Part shown: piece by piece, positions 9,794 to 18,825 of the stretch | How the letters are laid out: the number at the start of each line of letters is the position of its first letter | How positions within the stretch are numbered: the stretch's first letter is position 1 | Assembly (NCBI GenBank): GCA_964631685.1 | Contig: CAZVZU010000002.1 | Coordinates: 197,216 to 261,215, forward strand | Origin: an uncultured Actinomycetes bacterium | GTDB taxonomy: Bacteria > SZUA-79 > Acidulodesulfobacterales > Acidulodesulfobacteraceae | Direction of reading: 5' to 3' | DNA length: 64,000 bases | Made by a program: the position numbers and the translations under genes | Notes under the pieces: generated by a model | The model's input: the letters and a program-made list of their open reading frames with translations, nothing else | Database searches by the model: none | What the model was told of the DNA's origin: nothing

Positions 9794-10936
9794 TTATTTA
9801 TCGACGGCTGCAACTGAAAAGTTATAGCTTGTCTCGTTAACGTTAAAGTCCATCATCATCGTGTTTTTAACACTATTCGCAAACAGATTATAATTACTTT
9901 TGAATGGATATCGTAAATTTACCTTATTAAAAATATAGCCGTTAAAATCTTTTACATAACATAAGATAGATCCTTCGGAAGATTCCACATAACCAAAACC
10001 ATGCCCTCTTCCCTTATTTCCCTGCGTTAGATCGCTTGCTTTCTTGTATATTTCAAAATCTACGGAATTATTAAATTTATTTTTTTTGAGCATTATTAGG
10101 CAATAATCAAGTATAGATAACGATTGTATAATTTCGTCTATCCTAACCATATATCTTGCATAGGCATCTCCATCATTGTATACCGTATTTTCGAGCTTCA
10201 TATCCCCATATAAAAGATATGGTGCCTTAATCCTTAAATCTGAGGCTATGCCCACACTTTTTGCAACTACGCCTTTTGCGCAAAAACGCTTTGCCGTTTT
10301 TATATTCACCTTTCCCGTTGTCTTCAACCTATCTATGTGCGACTTTGTTTCTATATTTTTTGCAATAATCCACTGGACACTATTTACGACCAATTTAGTT
10401 GAATTCAAAATCGATTCCATATCTTGCATAGATAAACCCTTTCGAATACCCCCCACCATATTAATACCCATTAAATAACGGGATTTTACGAACTTTGAGG
10501 ACAACTGCTTTAGCATCTCGGCATAATAGGAATATAAGGCCGAAGGTACTTGAATATAAGTAGATTCAGCTATTTCAGCTAAATTTTCTATATGGTTCCT
10601 AATCCTTTCAAGCTCCGCAAAAAACATTCGTAAAAGCTGCAGATTTTTATGTATTTTTTCTGTAAGCCCAAAGAAATTCTCGATGCTAAGGCAAAGGCTT
10701 AATGATGCGCTAAAGGCGTTCAGCCCTGATATTCTCTCTGTAACCAGAACTTGTTCATATAAATTGTCCTTTTTAGATAAAACATCTTGCGCATGCCTCT
10801 TTTTATATCCGAGCGTTATATTTATATTATGCAACTCTTCTCCCGATGACAAAAATTCATACAAGATAGATTCGCTAACATTTTTTCTGACGGGACCCCA
10901 ATCAAACTCATAATCCCCTAAAAATTTCTTTTGCAC
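9794..10936 (-). CDS. Ehr/NuoD-like large subunit without NiFe-binding cysteines
   Basis: WGPV..SES, LGYKKRH, ERISG, AELERIRNH, GDAYARY..R..EI, VESSEG; C-terminus DFNVNETSYNFS has no CxxC. Confidence 0.88.
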   Translation of the reverse strand: MQKKFLGDYEFDWGPVRKNVSESILYEFLSSGEELHNINITLGYKKRHAQDVLSKKDNLYEQVLVTERISGLNAFSASLSLCLSIENFFGLTEKIHKNLQLLRMFFAELERIRNHIENLAEIAESTYIQVPSALYSYYAEMLKQLSSKFVKSRYLMGINMVGGIRKGLSMQDMESILNSTKLVVNSVQWIIAKNIETKSHIDRLKTTGKVNIKTAKRFCAKGVVAKSVGIASDLRIKAPYLLYGDMKLENTVYNDGDAYARYMVRIDEIIQSLSILDYCLIMLKKNKFNNSVDFEIYKKASDLTQGNKGRGHGFGYVESSEGSILCYVKDFNGYIFNKVNLRYPFKSNYNLFANSVKNTMMMDFNVNETSYNFSVAAVDK

Positions 10937-10956
10937 CTTTATTCCTCTTTATCTTT

Positions 10957-12441
10957 TCATACTATTCGATTAATAATATGTGTGATACCCATTAATAAAT
11001 GATGAAGACTTTCTGGTATGTAAAGCCCTAAAATTACCAATGCCACAAGTGGTAATGCCATTGGCAAGATAGATGTCAGCCCAAAATCACCTTTTTCAAT
11101 ATTTAAATTGTCCTCGTTCTTCCCAAAGATGATTGAACCAACTTTCGACAGTAAACTCACAAATGCCGCGATTAAAAGACTTACAAGCACGATTGTGACC
11201 ACATAGTAACCGTTTTTTAAACTTTGAAGTATAATTAAAAATTCGCTTATAAAAGTAACCGAAGGGGGAGCTCCTATTAACGCGAGCACACCGGCGGCAA
11301 ATAGAAAGGATGTCTTCGGCATAATATAAAATGCACCCTTAATTTTTTTGATATCCTTCGTTTTATACTTGTGCAATAAATTTCCCGAACCAAAAAACAT
11401 AATAGGTTTTGCGAGGCTGTGACTGAGCATCTGCAGAAGCGCACCGAAGGTACCAAATATACCCCCTAAACCAAAGCCCAGACTAATTATACCCATGTGT
11501 TCAATACTGGAATATGCAAAAAGTCTTTTTGTCGACTTTTGATTTATAATTCCCATTACACCCGTAAATATAGTAAAAAGACCGATGATAACCATTATGG
11601 TTTGAGGATAATTAAACCCTATATCCCTTCCCGTGATACTAAAATACCTCATTATGCCGTACATTGCCGTGTTTAAAAGGGATGCCGATAGCATACTCGA
11701 AATTGGAGATGGTGCTTCGGAATGGGCGTCCGGAAGCCATGTATGCATAGGCGATAATCCCACCTTTGTCCCTAGTCCTATCACCATTAAAATAAATGCA
11801 AACATTACTATATCTTTATTGAGATAAACAGCATTTAAGTTTAAGGTAGTCCAATCCAACGATGAAACAATATGCGCACTACCCGGAATATTCCCCGAGA
11901 GATAAAAGAGCACGGTACCCAAAAGGGCAAGCGAAAGCCCGGATGAAACAATAAGTATGTACTTCCATGCCGCTTCTATTGACTTTTCCGTAACCTCCGT
12001 TATGACCAAAAAGGCGCTCGTTATTGTTGTAAGTTCTATATCTATTAGGTAAATTGCCATATTATTTATCATTGGAGCTACAAGCATAGTTAAAGCAAAA
12101 AGATTTAAAAATAGGTAATACCTATTAAATTCTTTATCCGTCATTTGTTCGTCTTCCATTGCAAGCCTTATATATGATATGCCGTGCATTGACGACAAAA
12201 AATATACGATACTGACTAAAAGCATTATGTAAGCGCTAAATCTATCTATGACTATCGCACCGTTGAAGAGAGTGATGACCTTCATATTAATAGAAAAATA
12301 AAGAATAATTGATGCGCCGATTAGCTCCAAAAATGAGGATACAAAACTCGCATATTCTGAAAATCTTTTATTCTTTATTATAAAAGAACTAAGCGCTACA
12401 AATAATGGAATTATTAAGAATGTAATAATAAAAATTTTCAT
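10957..12441 (-). CDS. HyfF-like proton-translocating membrane subunit
   Basis: EAAWKY, GTKVGLSPMHTWLPDAHSEAPSPIS, AYSSIEHMG, HSLAK. Confidence 0.9.
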   Translation of the reverse strand: MKIFIITFLIIPLFVALSSFIIKNKRFSEYASFVSSFLELIGASIILYFSINMKVITLFNGAIVIDRFSAYIMLLVSIVYFLSSMHGISYIRLAMEDEQMTDKEFNRYYLFLNLFALTMLVAPMINNMAIYLIDIELTTITSAFLVITEVTEKSIEAAWKYILIVSSGLSLALLGTVLFYLSGNIPGSAHIVSSLDWTTLNLNAVYLNKDIVMFAFILMVIGLGTKVGLSPMHTWLPDAHSEAPSPISSMLSASLLNTAMYGIMRYFSITGRDIGFNYPQTIMVIIGLFTIFTGVMGIINQKSTKRLFAYSSIEHMGIISLGFGLGGIFGTFGALLQMLSHSLAKPIMFFGSGNLLHKYKTKDIKKIKGAFYIMPKTSFLFAAGVLALIGAPPSVTFISEFLIILQSLKNGYYVVTIVLVSLLIAAFVSLLSKVGSIIFGKNEDNLNIEKGDFGLTSILPMALPLVALVILGLYIPESLHHLLMGITHIINRIV

Positions 12442-12447
12442 ATTTTA

Positions 12448-13122
12448 TTACCCTACCAATCTATTTAGCATGGTTGTAGAAAAAGAACCCGTTTTTACCT
12501 TCATGAACATAGACAAAATTAACATTGCAACAAGCGTGACCAAAATGTCGAATAAAACCACTAATTCCACAATTATCGGGAGAGTAGGAACTATTACGAC
12601 GGATAAAAGAAATATTCCGTTTTCTATAACGAGTATTCCAAGAATATGCGTTATAGTTGTAAACCTCGAAATAATCATAAAAAAACCGATGAAGATTAGG
12701 CTCAGTGCGATGGATGATGCATTAATAACAATTTTTGGCGAAAATGGGGAGATCAATCTATATATCAAAAAATAAGCAAAAATTGTTAGCAGCAATCCGG
12801 AAATAATAGAAAGCGGGATTTTTATACTGAGCTTTACCTCTTCTTTAATATTAAATTTTTTGATCATTCTTAGGAGTATGTACGGCACTATAATTGTTCT
12901 GACAATCAATGTTAAAAACGCAACAAGATAGAGGTTTATATTCTGCGTTTCTATTCCTAGAACTAATGTTAGAATAAATATTAAAAATGATTGAAAACTG
13001 TAAGCATGTATATAAAAAGATATCCATTTAGAACTTAGCATCACAAAAGACGACAGAAGGATTAGTGCGACTATAAGTCCCTCCAAGACATAGACATAAA
13101 CAGGCATTGTATATCCCAGCAT
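12448..13122 (-). CDS. HyfE-like membrane subunit
   Basis: Polytopic ~220 aa; ENGIFL, VELVVLFD; position between hyfC-like and hyfF-like genes. Confidence 0.85.
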   Translation of the reverse strand: MLGYTMPVYVYVLEGLIVALILLSSFVMLSSKWISFYIHAYSFQSFLIFILTLVLGIETQNINLYLVAFLTLIVRTIIVPYILLRMIKKFNIKEEVKLSIKIPLSIISGLLLTIFAYFLIYRLISPFSPKIVINASSIALSLIFIGFFMIISRFTTITHILGILVIENGIFLLSVVIVPTLPIIVELVVLFDILVTLVAMLILSMFMKVKTGSFSTTMLNRLVG

Positions 13123-13143
13123 ATTTTTACCTCAAAAAATATT

Positions 13144-14103
13144 TTAAAAACCTTTATATTGAAATGTCATTATCGCAAGAACACTTAAAACAAATGCTGC
13201 GGCGAAATATTCCTGATATCTGAAGAATCTTAATCTTGAAATGGCGGTATCTATAACCGCTGCTATAAACCCGACAACTAACATTTTTACTATGAGACTG
13301 ACTACGGCAATCACTAGATTAATCGGACTGTGGTCAACGGATAGCCCCCATGGAAAAACCAGCACATTCAAAAAGATCACCAGAAGTAGAAATTGCTTCA
13401 TATAGCCTGACCATTTTAGAAAAGCTAAATACGGACCGGAGTATTCCAATATTCTTGCCTCTTCGATCATACTCATCTCTACAGATGTAGATGCATTAAT
13501 CGGTCTTCTATCGGTATCTGCCAAAAATAAAAGAAAAAATGCGACTATAATCAAAAAATGCGACGGACTAAAATAAAGTGGCAAAGACGATGTTATAGTG
13601 TTCAGCATCACGTAAGGCAGAGTAGACCTAGCTATTAATGCAACACCCACAAAGACTAGTATAAGCGTAGGTTCCGAAAGAATGGCAATAAGGGTGGCAC
13701 GAGACGAACCCAACCCCCCATAACTAGTGCTATGATCAAGCGCCGCAATATTTATAAAAAACGATGAAAAAGAAAAAAGAAATGCTCCTACGAGCATGTC
13801 ACCCATGAATCCCAAGGGCAACGGATATGCGGTTAAAACCGGAATAAGAAGGGTAATCAGCACCATCGAAATAAATGAAACAAACGGCGTCAATTTAAAA
13901 ATAAACGAGGCACCGGATGGTACTAATATTTCCTTACGAAAAAGTTTATGCAGATCATAATAGGGCTGAAAGACCGATGGCCCCCTCTTTCCCTCGAAAA
14001 TATCTTCCATTTTACTAATAAACCCGGCAATAAATGGAGAAAAAACAAGAACCGTTACAACCTGAAAAACCTGAAAAACAGCTGAATTTATATAGACGTC
14101 CAT
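13144..14103 (-). CDS. HyfC/NuoH-like membrane subunit
   Basis: RGPSVFQPYYDLHKLFRKE, GGLGSSR, SEP, ILEYSG, RLRFFR. Confidence 0.9.
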   Translation of the reverse strand: MDVYINSAVFQVFQVVTVLVFSPFIAGFISKMEDIFEGKRGPSVFQPYYDLHKLFRKEILVPSGASFIFKLTPFVSFISMVLITLLIPVLTAYPLPLGFMGDMLVGAFLFSFSSFFINIAALDHSTSYGGLGSSRATLIAILSEPTLILVFVGVALIARSTLPYVMLNTITSSLPLYFSPSHFLIIVAFFLLFLADTDRRPINASTSVEMSMIEEARILEYSGPYLAFLKWSGYMKQFLLLVIFLNVLVFPWGLSVDHSPINLVIAVVSLIVKMLVVGFIAAVIDTAISRLRFFRYQEYFAAAFVLSVLAIMTFQYKGF

Positions 14104-14167
14104 CGTAGACTAAATACTCCTCTCCAACATTACATTAAAAAACTAAAGAGCCACTGAAAATGTAATA

Positions 14168-14248
14168 TAGGAGTCATTAGCCTCAGGTTTTAAGGCACAA
14201 GCAAATATTGATTTATTCATTAAACTGCTTAAGGCAGACCCCATTGCC
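14168..14248 (-). ncRNA. Fluoride riboswitch (crcB motif)
   Basis: Minus strand GGCAAUGGGGUCUGCC ... GCCUUAAAACCUGAGGC-UAAUGACUCCUA; pseudoknot GGGGUC/GACUCC; lies in the 5' leader of the Hyf-like operon. Confidence 0.88.
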
Positions 14249-14260
14249 TCAATACCCTTT

Positions 14261-14291
14261 TATTAAACCACACGGTTGAATAAAATGTCAA
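14261..14291 (-). promoter_or_regulatory. sigma70 promoter of the riboswitch/Ehr operon
   Basis: TTGACA-N18-TTTAAT with a TG extension, ending about 13 nt before the aptamer. Confidence 0.6.
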
Positions 14292-14347
14292 GAAGAATTG
14301 ACATTTTCACGATCAAGACGCGGCCATTCATAACATGCAACAAGGGA

Positions 14348-15526
14348 TTAATAGTTTTTTGAATCTATTTTTTGTCTCATATGGAGTATTTTATCTATAC
14401 CTTTCAAAAAAGCGCCAAAACATTGCGGGTCAAAGGATTTGCCGGGTTTCATTTCATCTTTCATTATCCTTAGGGTTTCTTCAGTCGAATATGCAGCCTT
14501 GTATATCCTTTTATTTATTAATGCGTCAAAAACATCTGCTATTTTGCAAATTCTGCCCATGATTGGAATTTGCTCACCGGCTAAGCCCTTTGGATACCCA
14601 CTGCCATCAAAATTTTCATGGTGAGAAAGAGCAATCATTGCGCCATTTTGAAGCACATGGGATTCTGAATTTTTTAGTACATTATAGCCCATTTCAGCAT
14701 GGGATTTCATAATTTCAAACTCATCCTTAGTGAGCCGTCCGGGTTTCAAGAGAATATTATCCGGTATCCCTATCTTGCCTATGTCGTGCATAGGCGCTGC
14801 ATATAATATTTCTTCCTGAAAAACATTGTCCATGGTTAGTTCCTTCGCTATAATGCCGGAATAATGGGACATCCTTGCAATATGATTACCAGTATCTTCG
14901 TCCCTATATTCTGAGAGAACTATAAGCCTACCGATAGAATCATTCTCCATTTTGCGTAAATTGTCCACAGTTTTCTGATGATATGCCTCTGTAGCAAGGG
15001 CAATATCTACAAAAAGCAATTTTTGAACAGCATTTAATATTTTTATCGACTCATCAGAGCCTATTCCTTTCTTTTTACAGCATGATACCACTGTGGATGT
15101 AATAAGCACGTTATAGTAACCGTAAGCCCCAATATAAATAGAGAGCGGGATTTTATAGGTATAATGCGCAAAACCTACGACAATCCTATTTATAAAATAT
15201 TTTTCGTCATAGGTTAAAGCAAATAATTGTTTTACGTAATTAGATTGCGCAAGTTTCAACTGCTCAAGCAATTTGGGTTTAGAAAGAAGAATTTTACGAG
15301 TGTCCCCTATAGTCATCATATAGTCATAAAATGAAGAGGATATTGAAAATGCAACATCTTTATCTATGCAATCTTTAATCTTGGCGATACCGTCTAAGTC
15401 GGCTTTTGAAAAATTTGTCAGCCTATGAAAAAGACTTATACTATGCCGCGAAAAAAGGTTACCTACACCTGCAACCCCTTTTTTCGTCATATTATATTTT
15501 TCAAATATATTATCTATTTTGCTCAT
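14348..15526 (-). CDS. Globin-coupled sensor fused to an HD-GYP phosphodiesterase
   Basis: N-terminal sensor globin (FYDYM...QLKLAQ...RIVVGFAH..YKIP...YIGAY); C-terminal HDIGKIGIPD, HHENFDGSGYP, ADVFDAL. Confidence 0.85.
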   Translation of the reverse strand: MSKIDNIFEKYNMTKKGVAGVGNLFSRHSISLFHRLTNFSKADLDGIAKIKDCIDKDVAFSISSSFYDYMMTIGDTRKILLSKPKLLEQLKLAQSNYVKQLFALTYDEKYFINRIVVGFAHYTYKIPLSIYIGAYGYYNVLITSTVVSCCKKKGIGSDESIKILNAVQKLLFVDIALATEAYHQKTVDNLRKMENDSIGRLIVLSEYRDEDTGNHIARMSHYSGIIAKELTMDNVFQEEILYAAPMHDIGKIGIPDNILLKPGRLTKDEFEIMKSHAEMGYNVLKNSESHVLQNGAMIALSHHENFDGSGYPKGLAGEQIPIMGRICKIADVFDALINKRIYKAAYSTEETLRIMKDEMKPGKSFDPQCFGAFLKGIDKILHMRQKIDSKNY

Positions 15527-15683
15527 TGCTCAAGCCTCTAAAATATTCTCATATAATTAACAAACCTTTATAAAATATGCATTTGCATGCGATAAAATAC
15601 AACAAATCACCAATGTGCTTCTTGATTGTATCTCAATATTTATTTTTTTCAAATTATAAAATTAATTTTCAAAAGGATTTAAC

Positions 15684-15723
15684 AAAAGCGCCGCCTATCT
15701 CGTTATTCGCAGATAGGCGGCGC
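15684..15723 (-). terminator. Intrinsic terminator after qNor
   Basis: 13-bp stem GCGCCGCCTATCT/AGATAGGCGGCGC followed by TTTT on the minus strand. Confidence 0.85.
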
Positions 15724-15756
15724 AGGGGGACTAACAACAATCTTTTCTAAATTATT

Positions 15757-18036
15757 CTATCCATCTATTGATTTCTTAGATTGAAGAACTTTTTTTGTTA
15801 TATCAACGAAAAGTATCAAAACACCTATCGAAAAGACTATGTCTCCGGGTATTCTTAGCCACAACCATAAATTTGTCTTATCATAAAAGTAGATGCTCCT
15901 GGAATACCAATAACCGTGTTGTATGGAAGCATAAAATTGCATAAAACCTTCGGGTAGAAAATTTAGAATTACCCATAAGATCATGCCGATATTAAAGCAC
16001 CATAAAGCTATTCTGCCCGCTTTGTCATCCCATTTAGACGATTTCACGGTCATCCTGAGAACATAATAGCTTAGCGCTATACCTAAAAGACCAAAAACGC
16101 CGAACATTGCGGTATGCCCATGATTAATGGTCAGATATTGGCCATGCTCGTAGTAGTTCATCAACGGCGTATTTATCAGCGCCCCGAAAACACCAGCCCC
16201 TATAAAATTCCAAAACGTGGAAGCTTCTAAATATTTAAATGATAAATCTTGGGGAAATGCTTTGCCTGCCTTCACTAGAATATTTTTTTCGTAAACGGCC
16301 TGCATCGTTAAAAGCAGAAGCGGAATAACCTCGAGAAACGAGAACATAGACCCGAGGGCTATCCATATAGAAGCATCACCAACAAAATAAAAGTGGTGCC
16401 CCGTTCCGAGAATACCCCCCAAAAATATGAGCAATATTTCGAGAAGCAGGGTATTTTCTATCGTTTGTCTCCTTACTAGACCCTGCGCAAGAAAAAAATA
16501 GCCTATAACGGTAACGGCAAAAAATTCGAATGTGCCTTCAACCCACAGATGAACAACCCACCATCTCCAGAAATCGGTTATCGTCCAGTTTTTTAAAATC
16601 CACGCCAATGGGAACATTCCGAACACATACATTATACCGATAGTTGCCGCACTGATCAAAAAAAGGCTTTCAACACTCCATTTATCCTTATTTTTTTTAA
16701 AATGTGGCTTCATCGCTCTATATAGTATAACGACCCACAACAGTAAACCGATGAATAAGATAAACTGATTAAGCCTTCCTAATTGTAAATATTCTAAGCC
16801 TTGGTTTCCGATGAAAAACCACCATCCGTGATGGAAAAAACCTTTTGCGCCCAGATACATTCCTATAAGAGCCGAGACGCCATCTATCAGTAACGCCCAC
16901 CACAGAAAATCTATCAAAAACGACTGCCACTTCGCCTCTTTACCACCGCCTACATATTTAGACACAAATATACCGGCACCGAGCCACATGGATGCTATAA
17001 AAAGAATTGCAAGTTGGATGTGCCACGACTTAACAATATTGAACGGCAATGCGCTAAGGGTATTAATCCCGAAAAACGATGACCTCTCAGCATAGTAATG
17101 AGCCAGCATCATGCCTGCTATGATTTGTAAACCTAAGAAGAATGCCCCTAGAAAAAAATACTTGCCGGCTTTCTTCATTGAACGAGTAATTTTAAAATTA
17201 TCTAAATTCTCCATAGGCTCCCAGTTATCCAGCATAGCCGGAGCTTCTTGCCACCCAGGGGAAATATAGGTTAGAAAGAACCATATAACAAGGCCCGCTA
17301 ACGCAATAAAAACAGCGATAGAAGCAAATGACCATGTGTAGAGATATGTCGGCGGGGTATTCCCTGACCCCCTGCTATACGGCCAGTTATTTGTGTAGGT
17401 ATAGTCAAGTCCAGGCCTCAATGTAGCTGCGCTCCACGCCGTCCAGGAGTAAAAATCGACTATTCTGGCAATATATTCCTTTGACGGGACAAGATTCTTT
17501 CCTATCCCAAGGCTGGGATTGCCGTTAGTATAAAGATTTTCGATTCTTTTTTGGATCTTGTTAAAGGCATATACTTGGCCGGGCGTATATGTTATAGTAC
17601 CCGCGATCCGAGAAAATCTGTTCTTCTTTATATTAGATATAACAATCATCCTGACATAATCCATATTCCTCGGGGAAAGCATGTTGTACGGCTTTTTATA
17701 CATTTTCCGTGCTTCAAAATTCCTATAAAATTTAACCTCATTATGAATGTACTGATCCGTGAAATCAGGACCGAAATATGCGCCGTCCCCATAAATACTT
17801 CCGTAATCCATTAAATCGAATTCCTGGAACCTAGCCTTACCAGAAACAATATTCTTGCCGGTAAACAGAACATTACCCTTGGTTGTTACTACCTTAGTAG
17901 GTACTGGCGGAGCTCCGCTATATACCTTAAATGTTCCATAGATTAATATGACAACGAGGACTATAATCGTAATTGACAATGTAATCTTCAAAAACTTGTT
18001 TACAGCCTTTTCGTCGTAGTTAATACTCTTACTCAT
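15757..18036 (-). CDS. norB: Quinol-type nitric oxide reductase (qNor, long single subunit)
   Basis: YGSIYGDGAYFGPDFT, YTNNWP, HIQLA, HLWVEGTFE, GTGHH, LEVIPL, HGHTAMFG; start moved to ATG 18036 behind AGGAGG. Confidence 0.93.
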   Translation of the reverse strand: MSKSINYDEKAVNKFLKITLSITIIVLVVILIYGTFKVYSGAPPVPTKVVTTKGNVLFTGKNIVSGKARFQEFDLMDYGSIYGDGAYFGPDFTDQYIHNEVKFYRNFEARKMYKKPYNMLSPRNMDYVRMIVISNIKKNRFSRIAGTITYTPGQVYAFNKIQKRIENLYTNGNPSLGIGKNLVPSKEYIARIVDFYSWTAWSAATLRPGLDYTYTNNWPYSRGSGNTPPTYLYTWSFASIAVFIALAGLVIWFFLTYISPGWQEAPAMLDNWEPMENLDNFKITRSMKKAGKYFFLGAFFLGLQIIAGMMLAHYYAERSSFFGINTLSALPFNIVKSWHIQLAILFIASMWLGAGIFVSKYVGGGKEAKWQSFLIDFLWWALLIDGVSALIGMYLGAKGFFHHGWWFFIGNQGLEYLQLGRLNQFILFIGLLLWVVILYRAMKPHFKKNKDKWSVESLFLISAATIGIMYVFGMFPLAWILKNWTITDFWRWWVVHLWVEGTFEFFAVTVIGYFFLAQGLVRRQTIENTLLLEILLIFLGGILGTGHHFYFVGDASIWIALGSMFSFLEVIPLLLLTMQAVYEKNILVKAGKAFPQDLSFKYLEASTFWNFIGAGVFGALINTPLMNYYEHGQYLTINHGHTAMFGVFGLLGIALSYYVLRMTVKSSKWDDKAGRIALWCFNIGMILWVILNFLPEGFMQFYASIQHGYWYSRSIYFYDKTNLWLWLRIPGDIVFSIGVLILFVDITKKVLQSKKSIDG

Positions 18037-18124
18037 AAACACTCCTCCTTTTATACAAATACCTTTTACATAAAAAAATAGTTCGGCAATTTCCACTTAC
18101 CGAACTTAGCTTTGATGAATCATC

Positions 18125-18532
18125 TCACCTCCTTTTTGTAATTTTCATGTCTTGCGCAATTTTTAATTCGGATACTATTATTTTTCTGTCTCTTTTGGTT
18201 AAATGGTTAAACATTAAAACAAAATACATAGTCCCAGATGGACTTTTTAAAAAATCATATAGGCTCTCTCTGTAAATTTTTTCAACATTGGAATATGCAC
18301 CAGAAAGGTCCGGGCCCACATGTGCGCCCTCGATATTCAGTATTCTTATGCTATGGCATTTTACACAACCCAAATTATAAAAAATGCGCGTGCCAGTTTT
18401 AATTCTAAACCCTTTCATGTTCGTCCCATGAGAAGTCACATTAAACAACACTGCAATTAAAACCGATACAACCAAAACTAAGCTGGCGAACGCAATAATA
18501 CCCGTCTTCACAATCCTTTTGTTATAATCCAT
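18125..18532 (-). CDS. Membrane-anchored monoheme cytochrome c
   Basis: N-terminal TM helix, GCVKCH, GPDLS, GTM (candidate distal Met). Confidence 0.85.
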   Translation of the reverse strand: MDYNKRIVKTGIIAFASLVLVVSVLIAVLFNVTSHGTNMKGFRIKTGTRIFYNLGCVKCHSIRILNIEGAHVGPDLSGAYSNVEKIYRESLYDFLKSPSGTMYFVLMFNHLTKRDRKIIVSELKIAQDMKITKRR

Positions 18533-18664
18533 ATTAATTAATTTCCAATATCAAACTGCATTATAAAATAAACCTTATTCGCACGCACATGCCCAGCAAT
18601 TCGGAAATACGCAGATACATCATCCCTATTCTGTGTCATTATAGAAGGGTATAAAATTAAATGT

Positions 18665-18680
18665 TATGACTTTTGTCACA
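18665..18680. promoter_or_regulatory. CRP/FNR-family site, class II position for cytochrome c-qNor
   Basis: TATGA-N6-TCACA, centred -41.5 relative to the minus-strand TATAAT at 18638-18643. Confidence 0.72.
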
Positions 18681-18729
18681 AACTAAATTTTTACATATCG
18701 TTTTTATAAACCTATTTTATTTTTATTTG

Positions 18730-18745
18730 TGTGACAAAAATCATA
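18730..18745. promoter_or_regulatory. CRP/FNR-family site, class II position for ORF 18826
   Basis: TGTGA-N6-TCATA, centred -41.5 relative to the extended -10 TGcGATAAT at 18764-18772. Confidence 0.7.
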
Positions 18746-18825
18746 TGCTAATCATAAATGTTTTGCGATAATGGCTAAGAAATGTTAGTAATAGTATTTG
18801 GAGCTGACGATATAAGGATGGATGC

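Noticed and set aside
6806..14103. True hydrogenase-4/formate hydrogenlyase or complex I
   Set aside because: No NiFe CxxC motifs, no maturation or formate dehydrogenase genes, and not a full nuo set.
15757..18036. NO dismutase (Nod) instead of qNor
   Set aside because: The canonical HLWVEG..E, GHH and LEV.PL residues are retained.
18538..18640. 33-codon uORF before the cytochrome c gene
   Set aside because: Its ATG overlaps the predicted -10 element, upstream of the inferred TSS, and it has no SD.
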